From assembly GCA_032718475.1 (NCBI GenBank), contig JAUCBJ010007443.1, forward strand, positions 1-64,000: 64,000 nucleotides of DNA. Reading direction: 5' to 3'. A model generated the notes under the pieces. The model made no database searches. It was given only the letters and a program-made list of their open reading frames with translations, and was not told the origin of the DNA. Position numbers and translations under genes: made by a program. The stretch is from Nemertoderma westbladi (Eukaryota; Animalia; Xenacoelomorpha). Positions 45,001-56,528 of the stretch are shown here, piece after piece (position 1 is the first letter of the stretch; every line of letters begins with the position of its first letter).

Positions 45001-48000
45001 CAATCAGTCCCACAGTACAGTTGGTTGTACAATGTACACGTACAGGAGTTACAGTGTCGGCCGTGTTCCTATCCGTCCCACAGTACAGTTGGTTGTACAC
45101 GTACAGGAGTTACAGTGTCGGCCATGTTCCAATCAGTCCCACAGTACAGTTGGTTGTACAATGTACACGTACAGGAGTTACAGTGCCGGCCGTGTTCCAA
45201 TCAGTCCCACAGTACAGTTGGTTGTACAATGTACACGTACAGGAGTTACAGTGCCGGCCGTGTTCCAATCAGTCCCACAGTACAGTTGGTTGTACACGTA
45301 CAGGAGTTACAGTGTCGGCCATGTTCCTATCAGTCCCACAGTACAGTTGGTTGTACACGTACAGGAGTTACAGTGTCGGCCGTGTTCCTATCAGTCCCAC
45401 AGTACAGTTGGTTGTACACGTACAGGAGTTACAGTGTCGGCAGTGTTCCAATCAGTCCCACAGTACAGTTGGTTGTACACGTACAGGAGTTACAGTGTCG
45501 GCCGTGTTCCTATCCGTCCCACAGTACAGTTGGTTGTACACGTACAGGAGTTACAGTGTCGGCCGTGTTCCAATCAGTCCCACAGTACAGTTGGTTGTAC
45601 ACGTACAGGAGTTACAGTGTCGGCCGTGTTCCTATCCGTCCCACAGTACAGTTGGTTGTACACGTACAGGAGTTACAGTGTCGGCCGTGTTCCAATCAGT
45701 CCCACAGTACAGTTGGTTGTACACGTACAGGAGTTACAGTGTCGGCAGTGTTCCAATCAGTCCCACAGTACAGTTGGTTGTACACGTACAGGAGTTACAG
45801 TGTCGGCCGTGTTCCTATCCGTCCCACAGTACAGTTGGTTGTACACGTACAGGAGTTACAGTGTCGGCCGTGTTCCAATCAGTCCCACAGTACAGTTGGT
45901 TGTACACGTACAGGAGTTACAGTGTCGGCCGTGTTCCTATCAGTCCCACAGTACAGTTGGTTGTACACGTACAGGAGTTACAGTATCGGCCGTGTTCCTA
46001 TCAGTCCCACAGTACAGTTGGTTGTACACGTACAGGAGTTACAGTGCCGGCCGTGTTCCAATCAGTCCCACAGTACAGTTGGTTGTACACGTACAGGAGT
46101 TACAGTGTCGGCCATGTTCCTATCAGTCCCACAGTACAGTTGGTTGTACACGTACAGGAGTTACAGTGTCGGCCGTGTTCCAATCAGTCCCACAGTACAG
46201 TTGGTTGTACACGTACAGGAGTTACAGTGTCGGCCGTGTTCCAATCAGTCCCACAGTACAGTTGGTTGTACACGTACAGGAGTTACAGTGTCGGCCGTGT
46301 TCCAATCAGTCCCACAGTACAGTTGGTTGTACACGTGTACAGGAGTTACAGTGTCGGCCGTGTTCCAATCAGTCCCACAGTACAGTTGGTTGTACACGTA
46401 CAGGAGTTACAGTGTCGGCCGTGTTCCAATCAGTCCCACAGTACAGTTGGTTGTACACGTGTACAGGAGTTACAGTGCCGGCCGTGTTCCAATCAGTCCC
46501 ACAGTACAGTTGGTTGTACACGTACAGGAGTTACAGTGTCGGCCGTGTTCCTATCAGTCCCACAGTACAGTTGGTTGTACACGTACAGGAGTTACAGTGT
46601 CGGCCGTGTTCCTATCAGTCCCACAGTACAGTTGGTTGTACACGTACAGGAGTTACAGTGCCGGCCGTGTTCCAATCAGTCCCACAGTACAGTTGGTTGT
46701 ACACGTACAGGAGTTACAGTGTCGGCAGTGTTCCTATCAGTCCCACAGTACAGTTGGTTGTACACGTACAGGAGTTACAGTGTCGGCCGTGTTCCTATCA
46801 GTCCCACAGTACAGTTGGTTGTACACGTACAGGAGTTACAGTGCCGGCCGTGTTCCAATCAGTCCCACAGTACAGTTGGTTGTACACGTACAGGAGTTAC
46901 AGTGTCGGCCGTGTTCCAATCAGTCCCACAGTACAGTTGGTTGTACACGTACAGGAGTTACAGTGTCGGCAGTGTTCCTATCAGTCCCACAGTACAGTTG
47001 GTTGTACACGTACAGGAGTTACAGTGTCGGCCATGTTCCTATCAGTCCCACAGTACAGTTGGTTGTACACGTACATGAGTTACAGTGTCGGCCGTGTTCC
47101 AATCAGTCCCACAGTACAGTTGGTTGTACACGTACAGGAGTTACAGTGTCGGCCGTGTTCCAATCAGTCCCACAGTACAGTTGGTTGTACACGTGTACAG
47201 GAGTTACAGTGTCGGCCGTGTTCCAATCAGTCCCACAGTACAGTTGGTTGTACACGTACAGGAGTTACAGTGTCGGCCGTGTTCCAATCAGTCCCACAGT
47301 ACAGTTGGTTGTACACGTACAGGAGTTACAGTATCGAACATGTTCCAATCAGTCCCACAGTACAGTTGGTTGTACACGTACAGGAGTTACAGTGTCGGCC
47401 GTGTTCCTATCAGTCCCACAGTACAGTTGGTTGTACACGTACAGGAGTTACAGTGCCGGCCGTGTTCCAATCAGTCCCACAGTACAGTTGGTTGTACACG
47501 TACAGGAGTTACAGTGTCGGCCGTGTTCCAATCAGTCCCACAGTACAGTTGGTTGTACACGTACAGGAGTTACAGTGTCGGCAGTGTTCCTATCAGTCCC
47601 ACAGTACAGTTGGTTGTACACGTACAGGAGTTACAGTGTCGGCCATGTTCCTATCAGTCCCACAGTACAGTTGGTTGTACACGTACATGAGTTACAGTGT
47701 CGGCCGTGTTCCAATCAGTCCCACAGTACAGTTGGTTGTACACGTACAGGAGTTACAGTGTCGGCCGTGTTCCAATCAGTCCCACAGTACAGTTGGTTGT
47801 ACACGTGTACAGGAGTTACAGTGTCGGCCGTGTTCCAATCAGTCCCACAGTACAGTTGGTTGTACACGTACAGGAGTTACAGTGTCGGCCGTGTTCCAAT
47901 CAGTCCCACAGTACAGTTGGTTGTACACGTACAGGAGTTACAGTATCGAACATGTTCCAATCAGTCCCACAGTACAGTTGGTTGTACACGTACAGGAGTT

Positions 48001-49261
48001 ACAGTGTCGGCCGTGTTCCAATCAGTCCCACAGTACAGTTGGTTGTACACGTACAGGAGTTACAGTGTCGGCCGTGTTCCAATCAGTCCCACAGTACAGT
48101 TGGTTGTACACGTACAGGAGTTACAGTGTCGGCCATGTTCCAATCAGTCCCACAGTACAGTTGGTTGTACACGTACAGGAGTTACAGTGTCGGCCGTGTT
48201 CCAATCAGTCCCACAGTACAGTTGGTTGTACACGTACAGGAGTTACAGTGTCGGCCATGTTCCAATCAGTCCCACAGTACAGTTGGTTGTACACGTACAG
48301 GAGTTACAGTGTCGGCCGTGTTCCAATCAGTCCCACAGTACAGTTGGTTGTACACGTACAGGAGTTACAGTGTCGGCCATGTTCCAATCAGTCCCACAGT
48401 ACAGTTGGTTGTACACGTACAGGAGTTACAGTGTCGGCCATGTTCCAATCAGTCCCACAGTACAGTTGGTTGTACACGTACAGGAGTTACAGTATCGAAC
48501 ATGTTCCAATCAGTCCCACAGTACAGTTGGTTGTACACGTACAGGAGTTACAGTGTCGGCCGTGTTCCAATCAGTCCCACAGTACAGTTGGTTGTACACG
48601 TACAGGAGTTACAGTATCGAACATGTTCCAATCAGTCCCACAGTACAGTTGGTTGTACACGTACAGGAGTTACAGTGTCGGCCGTGTTCCAATCAGTCCC
48701 ACAGTACAGTTGGTTGTACACGTACAGGAGTTACAGTGTCGGCCGTGTTCCTATCCGTCCCACAGTACAGTTGGTTGTACACGTACAGGAGTTACAGTGT
48801 CGGCCGTGTTCCAATCAGTCCCACAGTACAGTTGGTTGTACACGTACAGGAGTTACAGTATCGAACATGTTCCAATCAGTCCCACAGTACAGTTGGTTGT
48901 ACACGTACAGGAGTTACAGTGTCGGCCGTGTTCCTATCCGTCCCACAGTACAGTTGGTTGTACACGTACAGGAGTTACAGTGACGGCCGTGTTCCAATCA
49001 GTCCCACAGTACAGTTGGTTGTACACGTACAGGAGTTACAGTATCGAACATGTTCCAATCAGTCCCACAGTACAGTTGGTTGTACACGTACAGGAGTTAC
49101 AGTATCGAACATGTTCCAATCAGTCCCACAGTACAGTTGGTTGTACACGTACAGGAGTTACAGTATCGAACATGTTCCAATCAGTCCCACAGTACAGTTG
49201 GTTGTACACGTACAGGAGTTACAGTATCGAACATGTTCCAATCAGTCCCACAGTACAGTTG
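1..49261. repeat. 61-bp tandem satellite array, main block (~807 monomers, truncated by the window start)
   Basis: Consensus GTCGGCCGTGTTCC(T/A)ATCAGTCCCACAGTACAGTTGGTTGTACACGTACAGGAGTTACAGT repeated head-to-tail. The pattern shifts 1 nt per 60-nt line, giving period 61. Occasional 48-, 63- and 68-bp length variants. Confidence 0.99.
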
Positions 49262-49271
49262 TAGTGTTGAG

Positions 49272-49440
49272 AACTGTAACTGTAATTATACTGTAACTGC
49301 AACTGTAACTGAATGGTTTTGATGATTTTTTTGATACTGTAACTATAACTGTAACTGTAATTGCGAATTTTGAATACTGTAACTGTAACTGAAACTGTAA
49401 TTACGAATTTTGAATACTGTAACTGTAACTGAAACTGAAA
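49272..49440 (+). repeat. Left subterminal array of the hAT-like element: AACTGT/AACTGA hexamers in ~40-bp units
   Basis: AATACTGTAACTGTAACTGAAACTG at 49373 and 49413 (period 40), plus more degenerate copies upstream. Confidence 0.9.
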
Positions 49441-50384
49441 TTAACAAAATCCGATTCAGTTCTCAATCACACAATTAACATGAATGAGCATTTAAAACAG
49501 TATTGTAATAAAGTATAGAGTATAGTTTAATAAATGAATAACAGTGGTTACCATAGGTATCATTTTTAAAACATTGTTATAAAAAAACAATCTAATTTTT
49601 TCCACTTCTGAACAAAACCATAATATTACACAATATAAAATCAAAGACCCATTGCCCACTTAGCTCAAATGTGATTTATTTGGCGAGTCAAGTAGTGAAC
49701 GAAGATCTACAGTAGCATATAGTCTATGTTTATCTGTCTCAACTATTAGACTATTATCAGCCTTATCACCACTTTTGCTTCATATTAAATGTAAATGTTT
49801 TAGATAAACAAAGAAAAGTTAGGCCTAATGGTAGAGGGATATTAACGGATATATATTTTACATTATTAATTATTAATGTTACCGGTACTATTAATATCAC
49901 AATCACACTAGAGGCACAATGGAAATTAAATTTTGATCAAGTTTACCATTATAAATTACAAAATTAAACTTAAAAGTGAAAGGAGCAGCTTATCGAGGTG
50001 GGTCTAACCAAAACAATAAATATATGATTACTAAAACAAATTACGAATTAAGGAAAATGAGCAGGATTCAGAAGCATGGCTTTATAACCAAAACAATAAA
50101 TGATAACAGTACTGTACAAGCACTGAAACAAGATGTGCAGTAAAATGTGGGTGCTTAGTGTGATCTTGTGACGTGCCACTTTCATTACTTACTATCAGTA
50201 TATTAGTTACAAAATATTACCATAGAGTGGGTCCAACTTTCCTACAACAACTACCTATTAGCTCTAGAAAGAGGACGTTTCGTAATGAACATTATTATTA
50301 GCGTATATAACAGTAATATATTAAAGTGCCTCATTTTTAGTTTCAGATGACTGCTTACTACATGAGATCATATATATTGAATCT

Positions 50385-50575
50385 ATAACTGAAACTGTAA
50401 CTGAAACTGAAATGCTCAATTTTGTAATACTGAAACTGTAACTGTAACTGAAATGTTACACTTTGTAATACTGAAACTGTAACTGTAACTGAAATGCAAA
50501 ACTTTGAATACTGAAACTGTAACTGTAACTGAAATGCAAAACTTTGAATACTGAAACTGTAACTGTAACTGAAAT
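50385..50575 (+). repeat. Right subterminal array of the hAT-like element: ~40-bp unit, about 5 copies
   Basis: AATACTGAAACTGTAACTGTAACTGAAAT at about 50426, 50467, 50507 and 50547, in the same orientation as the left array. Confidence 0.9.
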
Positions 50576-50605
50576 TAGTCAAAATTGATTCAGTTCCTCA
50601 ACACA

Positions 50606-53600
50606 TACAGTTGGTTGTACACGTACAGGAGTTACAGTGTCGGCCATGTTCCTAATCAGTCCCACAGTACAGTTGGTTGTACACGTACAGGAGTTACAGT
50701 GTCGGCCGTGTTCCAATCAGTCCCACAGTACAGTTGGTTGTACACGTACAGGAGTTACAGTATCGAACATGTTCCAATCAGTCCCACAGTACAGTTGGTT
50801 GTACACGTACAGGAGTTACAGTGTCGGCCATGTTCCAATCAGTCCCACAGTACAGTTGGTTGTACACGTACAGGAGTTACAGTGTCGGCCATGTTCTAAT
50901 CAGTCCCACAGTACAGTTGGTTGTACACGTACAGGAGTTACAGTGTCGGCCGTGTTCCTATCAGTCCCACAGTACAGTTGGTTGTACACGTACAGGAGTT
51001 ACAGTATCGAACATGTTCCTATCAGTCCCACAGTACAGTTGGTTGTACACGTACAGGAGTTACAGTGTCGGCAGTGTTCCAATCAGTCCCACAGTACAGT
51101 TGGTTGTACACGTACAGGAGTTACAGTATCGAACATGTTCCAATCAGTCCCACAGTACAGTTGGTTGTACACGTACAGGAGTTACAGTGTCGGCCGTGTT
51201 CCTAATCAGTCCCACAGTACAGTTGGTTGTACACGTACAGGAGTTACAGTATCGAACATGTTCCAATCAGTCCCACAGTACAGTTGGTTGTACACGTACA
51301 GGAGTTACAGTGTCGGCCGTGTTCCAATCAGTCCCACAGTACAGTTGGTTGTACACGTACAGGAGTTACAGTGTCGGCCATGTTCCAATCAGTCCCACAG
51401 TACAGTTGGTTGTACACGTACAGGAGTTACAGTGTCGGCCATGTTCCTATCAGTCCCACAGTACAGTTGGTTGTACACGTACAGGAGTTACAGTGTCGGC
51501 CGTGTTCCAATCAGTCCCACAGTACAGTTGGTTGTACACGTACAGGAGTTACAGTGTCGGCCATGTTCCTAATCAGTCCCACAGTACAGTTGGTTGTACA
51601 CGTACAGGAGTTACAGTGTCGGCAGTGTTCCAATCAGTCCCACAGTACAGTTGGTTGTACACGTACAGGAGTTACAGTATCGAACATGTTCCAATCAGTC
51701 CCACAGTACAGTTGGTTGTACACGTACAGGAGTTACAGTGTCGGCCATGTTCTAATCAGTCCCACAGTACAGTTGGTTGTACACGTACAGGAGTTACAGT
51801 GTCGGCCGTGTTCCTATCAGTCCCACAGTACAGTTGGTTGTACACGTACAGGAGTTACAGTGTCGGCCATGTTCCAATCAGTCCCACAGTACAGTTGGTT
51901 GTACACGTACAGGAGTTACAGTGTCGGCCGTGTTCCAATCAGTCCCACAGTACAGTTGGTTGTACACGTACAGGAGTTACAGTGTCGGCCGTGTTCCAAT
52001 CAGTCCCACAGTACAGTTGGTTGTACACGTACAGGAGTTACAGTGTCGGCCGTGTTCCTATCAGTCCCACAGTACAGTTGGTTGTACACGTACAGGAGTT
52101 ACAGTGTCGGCAGTGTTCCAATCAGTCCCACAGTACAGTTGGTTGTACACGTACAGGAGTTACAGTATCGAACATGTTCCAATCAGTCCCACAGTACAGT
52201 TGGTTGTACACGTACAGGAGTTACAGTGCCGGCCATGTTCTAATCAGTCCCACAGTACAGTTGGTTGTACACGTACAGGAGTTACAGTGTCGGCAGTGTT
52301 CCAATCAGTCCCACAGTACAGTTGGTTGTACACGTACAGGAGTTACAGTATCGAACATGTTCCAATCAGTCCCACAGTACAGTTGGTTGTACACGTACAT
52401 GAGTTACAGTATCGGCCGTGTTCCTATCCGTCCCACAGTACAGTTGGTTGTACACGTACAGGAGTTACAGTGCCGGCCGTGTTCCTATCCGTCCCACAGT
52501 ACAGTTGGTTGTACACGTACAGGAGTTACAGTGTCGGTCGTGTTCCAATCAGTCCCACAGTACAGTTGGTTGTACACGTACAGGAGTTACAGTGTCGGCC
52601 GTGTTCCAATCAGTCCCACAGTACAGTTGGTTGTACACGTACAGGAGTTACAGTGCCGGAGTCCCACAGTACAGTTGGTTGTACACGTACAGGAGTTACA
52701 GTGTCGGCCATGTTCCTATCCGTCCCACAGTACAGTTGGTTGTACACGTACAGGAGTTACAGTGTCGGTCGTGTTCCAATCAGTCCCACAGTACAGTTGG
52801 TTGTACACGTACAGGAGTTACAGTGTCGGCCGTGTTCCAATCAGTCCCACAGTACAGTTGGTTGTACACGTACAGGAGTTACAGTATCGAACATGTTCCT
52901 ATCCGTCCCACAGTACAGTTGGTTGTACACGTACAGGAGTTACAGTGTCGGCCGTGTTCCAATCAGTCCCACAGTACAGTTGGTTGTACACGTACAGGAG
53001 TTACAGTGTCGGCCGTGTTCCTATCAGTCCCACAGTACAGTTGGTTGTACACGTACAGGAGTTACAGTGTCGGCCGTGTTCCTATCAGTCCCACAGTACA
53101 GTTGGTTGTACACGTACAGGAGTTACAGTGCCGGCCGTGTTCCAATCAGTCCCACAGTACAGTTGGTTGTACACGTACAGGAGTTACAGTGTCGGCCGTG
53201 TTCCTATCCGTCCCACAGTACAGTTGGTTGTACACGTACAGGAGTTACAGTGTCGGCCGTGTTCCTATCAGTCCCACAGTACAGTTGGTTGTACACGTAC
53301 AGGAGTTACAGTGTCGGCCGTGTTCCTATCAGTCCCACAGTACAGTTGGTTGTACACGTACAGGAGTTACAGTGCCGGCCGTGTTCCAATCAGTCCCACA
53401 GTACAGTTGGTTGTACACGTACAGGAGTTACAGTGTCGGCCGTGTTCCTATCAGTCCCACAGTACAGTTGGTTGTACACGTACAGGAGTTACAGTGTCGG
53501 CCGTGTTCCTATCCGTCCCACAGTACAGTTGGTTGTACACGTACAGGAGTTACAGTGTCGGCCGTGTTCCTATCAGTCCCACAGTACAGTTGGTTGTACA

Positions 53601-56413
53601 CGTACAGGAGTTACAGTGTCGGCCGTGTTCCAATCAGTCCCACAGTACAGTTGGTTGTACACGTACAGGAGTTACAGTGCCGGCCATGTTCCAATCAGTC
53701 CCACAGTACAGTTGGTTGTACACGTACAGGAGTTACAGTGTCGGCCGTGTTCCTATCAGTCCCACAGTACAGTTAGTTGTACACGTACAGGAGTTACAGT
53801 GTCGGCCGTGTTCCAATCAGTCCCACAGTACAGTTGGTTGTACACGTACAGGAGTTACAGTGTCGGCCGTGTTCCTATCAGTCCCACAGTACAGTTGGTT
53901 GTACACGTACAGGAGTTACAGTGTCGAACATGTTCCTATCAGTCCCACAGTACAGTTGGTTGTACACGTACAGGAGTTACAGTGCCGGCCGTGTTCCAAT
54001 CAGTCCCACAGTACAGTTGGTTGTACACGTACAGGAGTTACAGTGTCGGCCGTGTTCCAATCAGTCCCACAGTACAGTTGGTTGTACACGTACAGGAGTT
54101 ACAGTGCCGGAGTCCCACAGTACAGTTGGTTGTACACGTACAGGAGTTACAGTGTCGGCCATGTTCCAATCAGTCCCACAGTACAGTTGGTTGTACACGT
54201 ACAGGAGTTACAGTGTCGGCCGTGTTCCAATCAGTCCCACAGTACAGTTGGTTGTACACGTACAGGAGTTACAGTGTCGGCCATGTTCCTATCAGTCCCA
54301 CAGTACAGTTGGTTGTACACGTACAGGAGTTACAGTGTCGGCCGTGTTCCAATCAGTCCCACAGTACAGTTGGTTGTACACGTACAGGAGTTACAGTGTC
54401 GCGTGTTCCAATCAGTCCCACAGTACAGTTGGTTGTACACGTACAGGAGTTACAGTGTCGGCCGTGTTCCAATCAGTCCCACAGTACAGTTGGTTGTACA
54501 CGTACAGGAGTTACAGTGTCGGCCGTGTTCCTATCAGTCCCACAGTACAGTTGGTTGTACACGTACAGGAGTTACAGTGTCGGCCGTGTTCCAATCAGTC
54601 CCACAGTACAGTTGGTTGTACACGTACAGGAGTTACAGTGTCGGCCATGTTCCTATCAGTCCCACAGTACAGTTGGTTGTACACGTACAGGAGTTACAGT
54701 GTCGGCCGTGTTCCTATCAGTCCCACAGTACAGTTGGTTGTACACGTACAGGAGTTACAGTGTCGGCCGTGTTCCTATCAGTCCCACAGTACAGTTGGTT
54801 GTACACGTACAGGAGTTACAGTGCCGGAGTCCCACAGTACAGTTGGTTGTACACGTACAGGAGTTACAGTGTCGGCAGTGTTCCAATCAGTCCCACAGTA
54901 CAGTTGGTTGTACACGTACAGGAGTTACAGTGTCGGCCGTGTTCCTATCAGTCCCACAGTACAGTTGGTTGTACACGTACAGGAGTTACAGTGCCGGAGT
55001 CCCACAGTACAGTTGGTTGTACACGTACAGGAGTTACAGTGTCGGCCATGTTCCTATCAGTCCCACAGTACAGTTGGTTGTACACGTACAGGAGTTACAG
55101 TGTCGGCCGTGTTCCAATCAGTCCCACAGTACAGTTGGTTGTACACGTACAGGAGTTACAGTCGGCCGGCAGTCCCACAGTACAGTTGGTTGTACACGTA
55201 CAGGAGTTACAGTGTCGGCCATGTTCCAATCAGTCCCACAGTACAGTTGGTTGTACACGTACAGGAGTTACAGTGCCGGAGTCCCACAGTACAGTTGGTT
55301 GTACACGTACAGGAGTTACAGTGTCGGCCGTGTTCCTATCAGTCCCACAGTACAGTTGGTTGTACACGTACAGGAGTTACAGTGTCGGCCGTGTTCCAAT
55401 CAGTCCCACAGTACAGTTGGTTGTACACGTACAGGAGTTACAGTGCCGGAGTCCCACAGTACAGTTGGTTGTACACGTACAGGAGTTACTGTGTCGGCCA
55501 TGTTCCAATCAGTCCCACAGTACAGTTGGTTGTACACGTACAGGAGTTACAGTGCCGGAGTCCCACAGTACAGTTGGTTGTACACGTACAGGAGTTACAG
55601 TGTCGGCCGTGTTCCTATCAGTCCCACAGTACAGTTGGTTGTACACGTACAGGAGTTACTGTGTCGGCCATGTTCCAATCAGTCCCACAGTACAGTTGGT
55701 TGTACACGTACAGGAGTTACAGTGCCGGAGTCCCACAGTACAGTTGGTTGTACACGTACAGGAGTTACAGTGTCGGCCATGTTCCAATCAGTCCCACAGT
55801 ACAGTTGGTTGTACACGTACAGGAGTTACAGTATCGAACATGTTCCTATCAGTCCCACAGTACAGTTGGTTGTACACGTACAGGAGTTACAGTGTCGGCC
55901 GTGTTCCTATCAGTCCCACAGTACAGTTGGTTGTACACGTACAGGAGTTACAGTATCGAACATGTTCCTATCAGTCCCACAGTACAGTTGGTTGTACACG
56001 TACAGGAGTTACAGTGTCGGCCGTGTTCCTATCCGTCCCACAGTACAGTTGGTTGTACACGTACAGGAGTTACAGTGTCGGCCGTGTTCCTATCAGTCCC
56101 ACAGTACAGTTGGTTGTACACGTACAGGAGTTACAGTGTCGGCCGTGTTCCTATCAGTCCCACAGTACAGTTGGTTGTACACGTACAGGAGTTACAGTAT
56201 CGAACATGTTCCTATCAGTCCCACAGTACAGTTGGTTGTACACGTACAGGAGTTACAGTGTCGGCCGTGTTCCAATCAGTCCCACAGTACAGTTGGTTGT
56301 ACACGTACAGGAGTTACAGTATCGAACATGTTCCTATCAGTCCCACAGTACAGTTGGTTGTACACGTACAGGAGTTACAGTGCCGGCCGTGTTCCAATCA
56401 GTCCCACAGTACA
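50606..56413. repeat. 61-bp satellite, terminal block (~97 monomers, enriched in 48-bp deletion monomers)
   Basis: Same monomer and orientation as the main block; ends abruptly at ...GTCCCACAGTACA|CACGCATTATG. Confidence 0.99.
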
Positions 56414-56528
56414 CACGCATTATGCCAACACGTAGTGCTTTATTGAATAAAGAATCACACATTAATATAAATAGAAATAATACATTCTGGAATACGGTAA
56501 TTTAAGTTGTTTCCATGTTATTGATTAC

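Larger units (their letters stand above)
49262..50605. mobile_element. Non-autonomous hAT-type DNA transposon (1344 bp) inserted in the satellite
   Basis: Perfect 8-bp target-site duplication TACAGTTG (49254-49261, 50606-50613); removing the insert and one copy restores an intact monomer. Imperfect TIRs: TAGTGTTGAGAACTG and CAGTTCCTCAACACA (revcomp TGTGTTGAGGAACTG). Subterminal repeats at both ends, AT-rich non-coding interior. An 8-bp TSD with short TIRs is typical of hAT. Confidence 0.8.

Noticed and set aside
29-49296. Giant protein-coding genes (13,694, 11,275 and 8,518 aa ORFs)
   Set aside because: All three frames are open and encode the same cycle, a by-product of a stop-free 61-bp monomer. 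There is no codon-position bias and no unique domain, and indels and stop variants propagate freely.
50204-50256. Candidate exon 2 on the minus strand (VVVVGKLDPLYGNIL*) inside the hAT insert
   Set aside because: Only LDP matches; it lacks the rest of the EF-hand, hits a stop quickly and lies within a TSD-flanked transposon.
893-54405. Singleton 1-2 bp indel monomers (~895, ~11167, ~33527, ~34763, ~54401)
   Set aside because: Isolated and mostly beside short homopolymers; cannot be distinguished from sequencing or consensus error.
1-56413. CRISPR array (42-bp constant repeat plus 19-bp variable spacer)
   Set aside because: The variable parts are point variants of one sequence, not unique spacers. 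No cas genes; the context is eukaryotic (LINEs, spliceosomal donor).
1-56413. Telomerase-type long telomeric repeat (TTGGTTGTAC resembles yeast GGTGTAC)
   Set aside because: The match is short, and multi-kb block duplications and a TE insertion point to a recombination-driven satellite.
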